DNA of 64,000 nucleotides from an uncultured Gammaproteobacteria bacterium (GTDB lineage Bacteria; Patescibacteriota; Microgenomatia; Levybacterales; UBA12049): NCBI GenBank assembly GCA_965230895.1, contig OZ246394.1, positions 29,723 to 93,722 of the forward strand, read 5' to 3'. Shown piece by piece: positions 10,087 to 20,482 of this stretch (position 1 is its first letter; each line of letters starts with the position of its first letter). The notes under the pieces were generated by a model. It saw only the letters and a program-made list of their open reading frames with translations, ran no database searches and was not told where the DNA came from. The position numbers and the translations under genes were made by a program.

Positions 10087-13053
10087 ATGAGTAAGACTCC
10101 AGAATCACGAGATGTACCTTCATCAATTTCACGCTCATTCGAACCAGGATCTGCAGATGCTGCTGTTCCAAAACGCTCTCGAATAGTTCCGCTTTCGGAT
10201 AGAGGTATTGCTCCACGTCCACGAGTGCGTTCTCTGCCTCCTGAAGTGACGGCTGCGAGAACTTACTTCCAGGGTTTGCAAAGAGAACTAAAACTTGATA
10301 CCTCAGATGATCCACAAGAACGAGCTGAAAACAGAGAATTACGCCAAGAGGTTTTAAAAGATGTGCGTGAACAAGACCAGGATTTTCATTCAGCTCAAGG
10401 AATAGTAGTAGCCGAAGCGCAAAAGCATCACGATGAGCGAGTTGAAGAACAAGGTGCTGAAGCTCATGAGTATTTTGCCACATATGCCGCAATGCTGAGA
10501 AGCGAACCTGATGTTGAGGTGCGACGTGCATTTGCGGATGAAGAGAAGGAAAGTGAGGAGTTTCAACACGCACGAAATGCACTACGAAGAGAACCAACTC
10601 CTGAAACGGTAGATTCTGAAGTAGATCATGAAGAAGTTTCCACAACAACCAAGGAAATCGTCGTCGTTGAAACCGGGCGTCTGCCTGAAATTGTTGTTGC
10701 TACCGAAGTGGTTGAAATTGATCCAAATATAAAGATTCGGGAAGACATAACGTGGGCAAACGAAGTTCTTGAATCTTCCAGTAATCTTCCTATGAGTGAA
10801 GAGGATGCTGGAAGCGGCTTGACAAAAATGGAGTATATAGAAGGTAAAGTAACCGGTATGTGGCAAGATCCGCAGCGTACTGAAGCAGCATTACGTATTT
10901 GGAAAGCACACAGTGGTTCAGCCGATTTATATGATCGCGCAAAAGAAATAGTGGGCAACGATGTCCAAGCCCGTTGGCAAGACGTGACACCTTCACAACT
11001 TGCTGCTTTTACTACAATTAATGCTCGTGGTGGTTATGTTGCAGAGGATTTTGGCGACATATTAAAACAATATTTTACCGGACCAAGCGATATGAAGCAG
11101 CGAGTTGATGCATATTATAAATTTGCTGATGCTGCAATAGATATCGTTGATGATGCAGAGGCTAGTAGAAAAGCAGCACAAATTGGTGTCTTTGAAACTG
11201 ATATTATTCCTCGTGACTCTGAATTTCTTACAGATATACACCTTGCAAGTTTAATGGGCTTTTACGACGAAGAGATGCGGGTAAAAGCGAGTATAGCAAG
11301 TCAAGTTGTTATGGCAGGAATTGCACGTTCTTCGGGGATTGATTATGTAAGTATTAAAGAGACAAACGATCAAGCTCTGCTCGCAAAGCTTCAAGGCGCT
11401 CGTCTAAACCGAGTATTTATTGCGATGAGGGACAGATCGATTCGAGAAAATTTTGCGGGGTATAGTAAAGTGAAAAATGTCTTGGTTCCAAAGCTTGAAG
11501 CGATGTTTGGTCCGAGCGGGAGCGGCACAACCCAATCAGTCCATGCAAAGATATATGAGAATCCTGAAATGATAGAAAAGGATCAATTTTTAGAAACAAT
11601 AGGAGGCATTACTGAAAATTATGGTTCTGATCCTATGTACGCAAAGTTTATGGACAAGTTGCAGTTACGTGCTACAGGAGGTGTGGTCCGTGTGCAAAAC
11701 GCTGAGCAGATAAGACAAACAGGTGAAACGCCTATGTTTATCAGCTTTAAAATACCTGGTACAGAATGTGTTCTCGATGTATGTATGCCAGCGTCTTTGT
11801 CTGCAGATAGAGGAAAACTTATAGAACAATTTATTGCTGACACAAGACCCATTGAAAGTGTAGCAGCGGACGATATTGGAATGTATACCTCATCTCTTAA
11901 GGTAAATGGGAAAGATGTTTATGCGATCTATCGCTCTCCTGATAAGCCAGAAGCTGAGCGGCATGATATTGATATGCTCAATGCGATCGGCTTTCCTGAA
12001 GTATCAGCTGAAAATATCCAAGTAGATAATGCCGAGCTAGCAAGAAAAATTGATACAGAACAAATTCGATTCACAAACACGCGTGGTTTCCGCGTCCCTT
12101 TGCAACATCCTGCACTAACTGCACTTGGGTATGAATATGTTGATTTCCGTAAAGATCCAAACCTTCTTCGTACGATGAATGCAACAATTCACGTAGACGG
12201 AGTTGACGTCACTGTAAAGCTTGATCAAGATTTCCGAATCGATCTTGAAGGTAAACACGCTGATATATCTACTATTGGACCTTCTGTACAAAATGTCTTC
12301 CTCTCTATTTTGTATCCAGCATTGTGTGCAGTCCATGCAAAAGATGAATCAGGAGAGGCAGTAGAAATTAATAAAATTGTAGCTTCAAGAGTGGGATATA
12401 TTGGTTTTGTCCGTGAAGGATATAACTTCTCAGCAGATCAAGCTGGATATCTTTTGCGCGATGAAGGAAAAGATCTAGCCACAATTTCTGAACAAAGAAA
12501 AGTGAACGGAGAGACGAGGAACTCTACGTATACAAGACCGAAAGAATCTGATGATCCGTCGCTTCCACCAGTGAAGATTTTCATACCATTGCCTGATGCT
12601 ACCTTCCCTATGCCTGAAGTCTCAACAAGTTCATTAACGATCATTGCACCACAGCCAGAGCAAAGACCTGTTAAGCAAGGACATCCATTAGGATTGACCG
12701 ATCTTGAAGAATATGAGCTTCAGACAAATCCTTATAGAGGATTTCAAGGAGCTTTACATGAGATAGATATGGAACTATCTTATATTTCTAAGGATCGTGC
12801 ACGGTTACTAAGGGAACGTGAAATAGCTCAACGTGAAGGCAGATCTGATGCAGGCGTTACAAAGAAATTGCAGGAGCTTTTTGACGATGAGAAGAGTTTG
12901 CGTGGATCGGTAACAAGCTTTGAAAAAGCGCTTCGTGAGGAATTTGATACAACGCCTCAGGCACGAACGATGAAGTTCCGAGATCGTCAGAGGTTGTCAG
13001 TACATGAGTTATTAGATTTGCTGGCAGCGCAGCATGATGAAGAGCAAGCGTAA
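10087..13053 (+). CDS. island leader-family protein 1 (988 aa, acidic)
   Basis: N-term 'SRSFEPGSADAAVPKRSRIVPLSD...PRVRSLPP'; -10 'tttgttataat' 13 nt upstream of ATG; no known domain. Confidence 0.6.
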   Translation: MSKTPESRDVPSSISRSFEPGSADAAVPKRSRIVPLSDRGIAPRPRVRSLPPEVTAARTYFQGLQRELKLDTSDDPQERAENRELRQEVLKDVREQDQDFHSAQGIVVAEAQKHHDERVEEQGAEAHEYFATYAAMLRSEPDVEVRRAFADEEKESEEFQHARNALRREPTPETVDSEVDHEEVSTTTKEIVVVETGRLPEIVVATEVVEIDPNIKIREDITWANEVLESSSNLPMSEEDAGSGLTKMEYIEGKVTGMWQDPQRTEAALRIWKAHSGSADLYDRAKEIVGNDVQARWQDVTPSQLAAFTTINARGGYVAEDFGDILKQYFTGPSDMKQRVDAYYKFADAAIDIVDDAEASRKAAQIGVFETDIIPRDSEFLTDIHLASLMGFYDEEMRVKASIASQVVMAGIARSSGIDYVSIKETNDQALLAKLQGARLNRVFIAMRDRSIRENFAGYSKVKNVLVPKLEAMFGPSGSGTTQSVHAKIYENPEMIEKDQFLETIGGITENYGSDPMYAKFMDKLQLRATGGVVRVQNAEQIRQTGETPMFISFKIPGTECVLDVCMPASLSADRGKLIEQFIADTRPIESVAADDIGMYTSSLKVNGKDVYAIYRSPDKPEAERHDIDMLNAIGFPEVSAENIQVDNAELARKIDTEQIRFTNTRGFRVPLQHPALTALGYEYVDFRKDPNLLRTMNATIHVDGVDVTVKLDQDFRIDLEGKHADISTIGPSVQNVFLSILYPALCAVHAKDESGEAVEINKIVASRVGYIGFVREGYNFSADQAGYLLRDEGKDLATISEQRKVNGETRNSTYTRPKESDDPSLPPVKIFIPLPDATFPMPEVSTSSLTIIAPQPEQRPVKQGHPLGLTDLEEYELQTNPYRGFQGALHEIDMELSYISKDRARLLREREIAQREGRSDAGVTKKLQELFDDEKSLRGSVTSFEKALREEFDTTPQARTMKFRDRQRLSVHELLDLLAAQHDEEQA

Positions 13054-13117
13054 AACAAGAGTAGACTTATAGTTCAGATTGTATTATATAACTAGATTCG
13101 CTATAATACCGATTGCT

Positions 13118-14524
13118 ATGAGACCAATCGAGCATGGGCCAGGAAACGTTGGTGGAGAAGGGCGTGGATCTTTCACCAATGCAACGGCCGAGACACAACC
13201 AATGCGCCCTCACAGAGTAGTTTCTCTCCAAACGAGAGCAGAATCAGGTGGAAGAATTGTAGACACACCTCTGGTACAGAGAAGAAGAGAAGAAACTGCT
13301 TTACTCGTTCCATCTGAACAAATACTCCAAGGATTAAGTATCTCTAATTCAGTGGATCGTATAGCATTGCGACCATGGGATACAGCATATGGACATGCTA
13401 CATCTGAAAATGCAACTGATACGAGAGCTTCATTGCGACAAATTCCTGATTATACAGATCATGTTGCACAAGTTGTTGATGATCAGCGGGCAAGAGCTTC
13501 AGAACTTGGTGAGACGCCCGTAAATAGAGATCTTGCTATCACGGTCTTAGCTACAAATCATCCTGATGCGCCTGCATTGGACGCTTTCTCCAAGCAAGCG
13601 CGTTCGCTTGCAGATGCAGATATTTCCGATCGAGATGTTGAAATAATTCTGGGGGCAATGCGAGAAGAAGTAGGTGCAATTACTATCCCAGTCGCAGAGC
13701 AACGTGCTGAAAATCGGAAACGAGCTGAAGTCGTTGGCAATACCTCTGTACCGGATTTACCAACAGATATTCCAAAAGATTTGGCTGATGCATTTGGTAT
13801 TGATCCTCGGACAAAAGTAGACCCACGATATTTGGATATGCTTGAAGAGGCGCTCGATAGTATGCGTGATCCTAATGTTCCAGAAGAGCAAGTTCGTGTG
13901 GACTTGCAAGTCCCAACATATGGAGAATATCTTGATGAAGAAATCGCTGAAGGTGGGGATGCTGGTGTTGTAGCGCTTGTTCCCGAAGCTGAAGAGTTGG
14001 ATCGGATTGGGGAAGGTTTTGCTGCCTTTGCCGGATTGGATAACCCACGATCTGCATCTGCGATAGGTGTGGCAGAGCAATTACACTTACGTGCCATTCG
14101 GATAGCGCATGGTATGGATGCAGAACGAGATGCGAGAAGAGCATTAGATGCATCTAAAGGTGAAGTTGATACTGCGGCAACAATTAACCCTAATAACCTT
14201 GCCGAATCTTCTCACGTATCGCATGCACCTCGTACAATCCCTGTGCACTTTGGTGGTGGCTACAGAGATCAAGGCATACCAACGCTTGATGAACTGAAGC
14301 AAATGAGAGAAAAAGGAATTATCCCTCCATCCGCAAATGAAGGAACCGTTTTCCTGGACAGAGCCAATCTAGGACGAAGAGAAAGAGTCATGGCTCAAGA
14401 GCCAGAATTGATCCGTGATGGAAGCCCTCAATCACGTCCTGTGAGAAGTATCTATGGTACAAGTGCGTTGAGAGGTCAAGAACGAAGAAGTAGAGTGATA
14501 AAGCGACTTGACTCCGAAAATTAA
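13118..14524 (+). CDS. island leader-family protein 2
   Basis: N-term 'GGEGRGSFTNATAETQPMRPHRVVSLQ'; 'gctataat' 9 nt upstream of ATG 13118 (ORF opens at 13079). Confidence 0.55.
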   Translation: MRPIEHGPGNVGGEGRGSFTNATAETQPMRPHRVVSLQTRAESGGRIVDTPLVQRRREETALLVPSEQILQGLSISNSVDRIALRPWDTAYGHATSENATDTRASLRQIPDYTDHVAQVVDDQRARASELGETPVNRDLAITVLATNHPDAPALDAFSKQARSLADADISDRDVEIILGAMREEVGAITIPVAEQRAENRKRAEVVGNTSVPDLPTDIPKDLADAFGIDPRTKVDPRYLDMLEEALDSMRDPNVPEEQVRVDLQVPTYGEYLDEEIAEGGDAGVVALVPEAEELDRIGEGFAAFAGLDNPRSASAIGVAEQLHLRAIRIAHGMDAERDARRALDASKGEVDTAATINPNNLAESSHVSHAPRTIPVHFGGGYRDQGIPTLDELKQMREKGIIPPSANEGTVFLDRANLGRRERVMAQEPELIRDGSPQSRPVRSIYGTSALRGQERRSRVIKRLDSEN

Positions 14525-14559
14525 CCTCAGATTCTTTAAAAGTAAGGCCTATAATCATA

Positions 14560-15417
14560 TTGACTTATAACATTGACTCAGGTATAGTGCAGCAAGATTC
14601 TGCACCACGTGCTTTTGCTGGGTCAGGTGAAGGTCCTGTTCCTGCGCGACTGAAAGTTCGAGCTTTAACGGTAACACCCACAACAGAAAGATCTACAAGA
14701 CACATTGTTTCTCCAGCAAAATCTGGAGAGGGGAGAGAACCGTCTCGAACATCACATCCAGAACAAGCTACTGAAAAACCTTCACCAATTCCGAATAACA
14801 GCAAAGGTGCCCCAAAAGAACCAACAGCCGTCTATGTAAAACCTGAATCAGATGGTGCTGTTCCAAAAGATACTAGTGCAGCTCCAAAAAAAGGTATCTC
14901 TCAAGAGGAACTGCTTACTGCATTTGAGGCGCATCGGAAAGAGTTATTTGGCACAGCGCTTCGAGTAACTGGTAACTGGCAGGATGCTGAGGATCTTATG
15001 CAAGAAACATTCGTTAATGCATCACTCGCGGCTGATAATTATGCACACGGGAATATAGGCGGCTGGTTCCACAGAATATGTGTTAACCGTGGGTTGGATA
15101 TGCATCGAAAAAACGGTCGGAATCCCGTAGAAATGCCAGATGATGGAGCTCTGCCAGAACCCTTAACGATTAATGAACGTTCGTTGGGTGACCCGGAAGG
15201 ACATATGGAAAAAATGGAAGTAGCTGCAGAAGTTAAAGGACTTTTAGCGCAAGTTCAGCCAGAATTTGCAGATCTTGTATTAATGGCTGATGGATACGAT
15301 TTGACTTATGAGCAAATTGCTGCAATTAAGGGTAGACCCATCGGTACAATTAAATCAGGAATTCATAGGGGAAGAGCGAGACTAAGAAGTCTTAAGCGGG
15401 ATCAAGCTACAGAATAA
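14560..15417 (+). CDS. ECF-type sigma-70 family sigma factor with island leader
   Basis: Leader 'AFAGSGEGPVPARLKVRALTV...RHIVSPAKSGEG'; sigma region 2 'AEDLMQETFVNA...WFHRICVNRGLDMHRK' and region 4 'LTYEQIAAIKGRPIGTIKSGIHRGRARLR'; start codon uncertain (TTG/GTG). Confidence 0.7.
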   Translation: MTYNIDSGIVQQDSAPRAFAGSGEGPVPARLKVRALTVTPTTERSTRHIVSPAKSGEGREPSRTSHPEQATEKPSPIPNNSKGAPKEPTAVYVKPESDGAVPKDTSAAPKKGISQEELLTAFEAHRKELFGTALRVTGNWQDAEDLMQETFVNASLAADNYAHGNIGGWFHRICVNRGLDMHRKNGRNPVEMPDDGALPEPLTINERSLGDPEGHMEKMEVAAEVKGLLAQVQPEFADLVLMADGYDLTYEQIAAIKGRPIGTIKSGIHRGRARLRSLKRDQATE

Positions 15418-16881
15418 TTATTCCTTTTTATCTGAATTACGACCCCAACCTAATACTCTAAATTTTGACCTTTGAGGCCTTTCTGGAAGTGCTCGAACAG
15501 GAGGACGTTCTCTGACAATAGTTGCTTGAGCGGTTTGCGTTGTTGTACGAGCTCTAAAAGGAACGTCTTTATGCGCTATCTTCCCTTGAACTAATGTAAC
15601 AGATTCAGGGGCAACATGCATGAGCGCATCAGTTGATACTGTATGGCGTGCTTCATATGTTGTGGTTTCATCTGCGCTATCCGTTACTGTTGCGCCATCT
15701 TTTCCACGTACAGAATTACTTCCTCCGGAATGTGTACTTCTACTTGTCACAGCTCTCTGCCAATGCTTTCCAATGCTATCAGCGATAACTTCTGCATCTG
15801 GTCCATTTAATCCACCCAAACTTCCGGTCACTGCTCGGTCAGAACCTACCATAGCTTTTGTTGTATCATTTACTCCTCCAAATACAAATAATGTTCTTGC
15901 ACCTCGAGCTAAATTTTGCATTTGGGTATGTTCTAAGGTTTGTGCGTCTGAGTGTTCTACACCACTTATAACAACTTCATCCGGTTTCGGCTCATTACGT
16001 TCCTGATCCCAAGTCTGTTCTTCTGAACTGAGCAAATCTATATGAGCTGCCAGTAATCTACGCTTTGCAGGTAAGAATAAGCCTTCTGTAACGCCGTAAT
16101 TAAAGAATGTCGCTTCTTCACCGTCATTGAATCGTACGGGTTGTGAAAGATTATCTCCTCGTAAAAGTGCTTCCATATGTATATGAATTGGTCCTAGAAC
16201 TTCTTGCGCAGTTTTGACACTATTTTCACCTTTAAACAATCCCCGCATCTTATTCTCTGTTTGCACCGTAATTGGAAATTTTGGTTCTTTTCTTTCTGCG
16301 TTAAGTATTTCTGATATACCATTATACGCACCACCGAGAAGTGGTGTTTCCGGTTCTTTTTCAGCTAGCGTTTCAAGTACTCTAGTAAGATGAATAATTC
16401 TTGTTGTTGTCAATTCAGTATCTTCTCTTTCTGTGGGAGGCATAGAATCGACTACTAATTTTGCAGCTCTTGTATATTTTTCTTCATCTGGTCCGGACCT
16501 CTGTGCGTCCACGAGACGAGTCGGTGAAATATTCCTCCAATGGAGTGTCCCAACGCCTTGTTTTATAGCGTGATGTGTCAGATCATCTGTCGTTCGTTGT
16601 CCTGTAAGATCTGCTGTCCATACAAATTTCCTTTCAGCAACACTTGGGTAGGTTGCATATGAAATGGCGGTTGCTTGGTCTACTGGATCGGTTCCAATGA
16701 GGTGGACAATGTTAGCATCTTTAACTCCGTCATAAAAATGTCGTGGGGGAGTTGTAGGGAGAGAACGTACTCGAGTACGGACTGGAGCAGGCCCATCCGT
16801 GACAGTCCGAAATGTGCCTATATCACCTCTTCTATAATGTTCTAATCCTCCCATATTTCCTGTTTCACGTGGATGTGCCAT
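15418..16881 (-). CDS. island leader-family protein (minus strand, 487 aa)
   Basis: N-term 'GDIGTFRTVTDGPAPVRTRVRSLPTTPP'; own 'tttgttgtatataat' promoter; convergent with and abutting the ECF sigma gene. Confidence 0.55.
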   Translation of the reverse strand: MAHPRETGNMGGLEHYRRGDIGTFRTVTDGPAPVRTRVRSLPTTPPRHFYDGVKDANIVHLIGTDPVDQATAISYATYPSVAERKFVWTADLTGQRTTDDLTHHAIKQGVGTLHWRNISPTRLVDAQRSGPDEEKYTRAAKLVVDSMPPTEREDTELTTTRIIHLTRVLETLAEKEPETPLLGGAYNGISEILNAERKEPKFPITVQTENKMRGLFKGENSVKTAQEVLGPIHIHMEALLRGDNLSQPVRFNDGEEATFFNYGVTEGLFLPAKRRLLAAHIDLLSSEEQTWDQERNEPKPDEVVISGVEHSDAQTLEHTQMQNLARGARTLFVFGGVNDTTKAMVGSDRAVTGSLGGLNGPDAEVIADSIGKHWQRAVTSRSTHSGGSNSVRGKDGATVTDSADETTTYEARHTVSTDALMHVAPESVTLVQGKIAHKDVPFRARTTTQTAQATIVRERPPVRALPERPQRSKFRVLGWGRNSDKKE

Positions 16882-16942
16882 AGTTTATCCTTTCATAAAG
16901 ATGTTCATTATATACAACAAACTTTATTTTTGCCAGTGAGCC

Positions 16943-19900
16943 TTAAAGATATCCATCTTCACCCCAGCCACGACTTAATGGTTGATCTGCCTGGCGTGGG
17001 TTTTCTACAATAACTTGCTCTTCTTGGGTTTTGAGTGCTGCTGTAACGCCTCCAGCGACTGCGGCTGTGATTCTTTCCATATCTATTTGCTCTGTATGAG
17101 CCCCTCCACCTGGACGTTCACGATCTCGTCTTCGATCTCTTCTTGCTACTTGTTGTTCCACATGAGCAATGACTTCATTATAAATTGTTGATGATGTGTT
17201 TTGGGTTAGTATTAATTCTCTAAGAAAATCAGCGTACTCATTTAGCCATGTATTTTCTGTTTCATTTTTATCGATTGCTTCAGTGAGGTTTGATCCAGTA
17301 CTTGTCTGTCCTATTCCTCGGTCCAGGATGAACTTTCCTGAACGCGGATTCTTGGCGAGGAAAATCATTTGTGTTGTGGGTATAGCATAATGAACATAGC
17401 TTAACTGTTCATCTACGGTATCACCATAAAGCTCTCCTCCTTGAAGCATAGCTTTGAGTTTTCCGTCACTTTCAGGATGTCTTCCGATCTTTTTCTGATC
17501 GATTCCTTGTTCATCTGCGAGTGCTAAAAAGCCTGTGAGCTCCGCTTTCACCGGGAACATCCAGTAATCTGGAAGAGTGTATTTAGAACCAGTTAAAGGT
17601 GGGTGTTGAACTTCATCATCTAGTGCATTGTGTACTTTTGCTTCTATATGGCTTATGTAGTCTTCTACTGGGATATCAGGTCGTAATACCTTTTGTGTTC
17701 GTGCACGAATTGTGCGTTCTGCAGCCTGGCGTACCAAAAAATTTCTTTCGGCTGGATCTCTATCTCTAAGATGCTCAAAGTAGTTTTTACCTTCTTCTCT
17801 AAGTTTATCGTAATTAATTCTCACCGGATCAAGCCCCAATAAAGTTGTCGCAGTTATTGTGTCAGTGAGAGCGAGTAGTTTACCCCCTTCAAGTGTTCCA
17901 TCAAGTACTCTACGAAGCTCTACCTTTTCCTCATCTATGAAGCGACGTCCTTCTGACGCATCTACTATGAATTTACTTCCTGGTAGTAACACATCGGCTT
18001 CTCCTTGCGGCATAGAGTTTGTATCGCGAACATACCCTCGGACAGGGAATGGCATGCCATCAGTTAACATGACTGCCGAGCGGTCAGGGTACGTTGTTAA
18101 TTCTTCTATCTGTGCATCAGTAAGTCTTACTGGCACTTTCATAGCATTTGCACCCGCTTCTCCTTTGGTACGCATAGGAATGTGTGTTCCGATGTTTTGA
18201 AGCATTTGTGTTGGTACAACGTCTGGACTTTGTCCTGCCACTACCAATCCACCTTTAAATTCTCTTAACTGAGCAAATAATGTACCAATTCTTTTTGTTA
18301 GCGGGCCTGGGGGCGTATTTGGATTTGATTCAACGAGTGTATTAATTTCATCAAGTACCGTGAGACATTTTGCACCCGCATTATGTTTGAGGAATCGTTG
18401 TTTTCGGAGTAGGACCATACCCATTACAAGAGCCTGATCTTTTGCATCTAATTCACTGATATCGAATACTGTTACTTGAGCATTATCTTGCGGAGCAAAA
18501 ATCTTGTTCCAATCCATTTGCTCACCACTAAAGAATACTCCTGAATATCCAGTGTTAAGCTGTTGGAGACGCTGTTCAAGGAATGGTTCTATGTTTCGTG
18601 CTTCTCCTTGATACTCCTGGTCTTGTACTGCTTCTTTTGCGACATCAATAAGATCCCAAAGAGTAGGGTAGACTGGATTACTTCCTGGGACGAGTGGTTT
18701 TCCTGTTTGGATATTCCAACCAAAACGTTCATAAATACCTTTAAATCCAGAACGCTTTCCCTTGATTGCGTCGGTTAAGAAACGGGTAGTGACTTCTGAA
18801 GAGATATTATCGTCTTGCCCAGGTTGACTTCCAAAAGCATTTGATACGACTGTGATTAAATCGTTTACATAACTTGCTAGTGGTGCTCCTTGTGGATCCA
18901 TTGGATTATCTCCGCCACCTTCAAGCAGCAAATTGGCAGGATTGATCTCTACAACTTTAACTCCATGCGGGTCGAGCATATCTGCAAGTATTTTTGCATT
19001 GGAAGGCTGACCCTCCTGTTTTCCTTTTGGATCGACAAAGAGCACTGGTCGTGCTTCTTCACCCGTAACAGCTTCAACTGTTAAAATCTGAAGAAGTCGT
19101 GTTTTTCCTGCACCAGATGCAGCCCACACACCAAGATGTTTGTCTAAATGAGATTTTGGGATAATAATAGGTCCGGCATCAACACCATAACGATCTTCGA
19201 TAGTTCCAATGACGAGAAATTTTTCAGGATGCTTTTCAAATTCATCTTCAAATGTTGTATTTACTGCGTATGGTTCTCGTGCTGTTTCTCCAACCCCATA
19301 CAATTCTCCTTGAGGGATTGATAAAAATCGTCGTAACATTTCAGCAGAAACACCTACATTATTTTCATCATATTCAGGTTCAGGAACGACTTGTCCATCT
19401 GGTCCTGGCTCAGGAATATTTGCTACAGCGTTCTCATATGAATTATAACGGCGAGGGTTAATAGAAATTGTATATGGCAATTGTGTTATCGATGCGTCGG
19501 CAACTGTATGCACGAGTTCATTCAACTCTTCTTCAGTTTGAGCGCCTACTACGATAGAGGGCCGTTTAAACCTTCCTTGGTGAACATCTCTTCGTAATTC
19601 TTCTACGAGTTGCTTCTGTTCTTCTGCAGTTCCTGCCTCTTCAATAGAATTATAGTCGCGTGCCTTTGCTCTATTATGCTTTCCGGAAGCAATTTCCTTT
19701 TTCTCCAATATTTCTTCCTCAGTAAAAGGTTCTGCAACTACACTAAATTCATATGCTCCATTATAAGTTATTAATGCAGAATCGAGTGCTAATCCTGGAT
19801 TTGTACCTACCTTTTCTGCTAATCCAAGAAGCTCACTTTGAACTGAGGGGACAACGCCATGAAATTGAACTTCAACTCGTCCCCAGTGTTTCATCTTTGC

Positions 19901-20425
19901 ACGATTTTCTTGCAGTACTTGGGGATCGATATCTTCGACTACTGTCCCTGGAGGAGCCGCCGCAAATTCTTTTCTCCGGGTTGTCTTTTCGGTTGTATCT
20001 TCTTTTTTCGTATCATCTACTGGGCCGCCGGTATCAACTTTCCTTGGGAGGAGCGAAGTTAGGATTGTCGTTTTACCTCTTTTGCCGGCTGGTTCAGGGC
20101 GTGCCCATCCATACGTTACAGTCTCTCCTCGATGTGCTGCTCCTGTGAGTGCCGCTAATATAGCCTGCTCACGGAGGAATGTCTCTCGCATAGCTTTGTT
20201 TTCGTCTCCTGAATCTACTGCACGTACTCTTAAAAAGCTACGTACTTTTTTTAGTCTTGGGGAGCCTTCTGTTCGGCCGATAGTTTCGCCGCTTCTTTCA
20301 AGGCTTCTAATGGGTGGGCGTGTTGGAGTTGTCTCTGCACCAGAGAATGAGATATTTCTGCCTGCCTCTGGAGCGCCTCTTCCAGTTTCATGATTACTCA
20401 TATTTATAGTCCTATATACTATCAT
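16943..20425 (-). CDS. giant FtsK/HerA/VirB4-superfamily P-loop pumping ATPase with island leader
   Basis: Walker A 'GVWAASGAGKTRLL'; Walker B 'CLTVLDEINTL'; about 40 aa later 'VVAGQSPDVVPTQMLQNIGTHIPMRTK' (FtsK/HerA ATQRP..N..T.I.R signature); N-term 'NISFSGAETTPTRPPIRSL'; RBS 'gaggagga' before ATG 20425; the upstream 390 nt of the ORF is antisense to the next gene. Confidence 0.7.
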   Translation of the reverse strand: MIVYRTINMSNHETGRGAPEAGRNISFSGAETTPTRPPIRSLERSGETIGRTEGSPRLKKVRSFLRVRAVDSGDENKAMRETFLREQAILAALTGAAHRGETVTYGWARPEPAGKRGKTTILTSLLPRKVDTGGPVDDTKKEDTTEKTTRRKEFAAAPPGTVVEDIDPQVLQENRAKMKHWGRVEVQFHGVVPSVQSELLGLAEKVGTNPGLALDSALITYNGAYEFSVVAEPFTEEEILEKKEIASGKHNRAKARDYNSIEEAGTAEEQKQLVEELRRDVHQGRFKRPSIVVGAQTEEELNELVHTVADASITQLPYTISINPRRYNSYENAVANIPEPGPDGQVVPEPEYDENNVGVSAEMLRRFLSIPQGELYGVGETAREPYAVNTTFEDEFEKHPEKFLVIGTIEDRYGVDAGPIIIPKSHLDKHLGVWAASGAGKTRLLQILTVEAVTGEEARPVLFVDPKGKQEGQPSNAKILADMLDPHGVKVVEINPANLLLEGGGDNPMDPQGAPLASYVNDLITVVSNAFGSQPGQDDNISSEVTTRFLTDAIKGKRSGFKGIYERFGWNIQTGKPLVPGSNPVYPTLWDLIDVAKEAVQDQEYQGEARNIEPFLEQRLQQLNTGYSGVFFSGEQMDWNKIFAPQDNAQVTVFDISELDAKDQALVMGMVLLRKQRFLKHNAGAKCLTVLDEINTLVESNPNTPPGPLTKRIGTLFAQLREFKGGLVVAGQSPDVVPTQMLQNIGTHIPMRTKGEAGANAMKVPVRLTDAQIEELTTYPDRSAVMLTDGMPFPVRGYVRDTNSMPQGEADVLLPGSKFIVDASEGRRFIDEEKVELRRVLDGTLEGGKLLALTDTITATTLLGLDPVRINYDKLREEGKNYFEHLRDRDPAERNFLVRQAAERTIRARTQKVLRPDIPVEDYISHIEAKVHNALDDEVQHPPLTGSKYTLPDYWMFPVKAELTGFLALADEQGIDQKKIGRHPESDGKLKAMLQGGELYGDTVDEQLSYVHYAIPTTQMIFLAKNPRSGKFILDRGIGQTSTGSNLTEAIDKNETENTWLNEYADFLRELILTQNTSSTIYNEVIAHVEQQVARRDRRRDRERPGGGAHTEQIDMERITAAVAGGVTAALKTQEEQVIVENPRQADQPLSRGWGEDGYL

Positions 20426-20482
20426 ATTATCCTCCTCACGTCTAGGTTGCAAATAGAAAAAGCATGAATTATAATGCCTCTT

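Noticed and set aside
10055-10648. 197-aa antisense ORF and other long antisense ORFs across the island (e.g. 9264-9656, 13558-14097, 25064-25540, 32001-32501)
   Set aside because: They lie entirely within better-supported sense genes, have biased low-complexity (L/H/Q-rich or S/A/G-rich) composition typical of reverse frames, and carry no promoter or leader motif.
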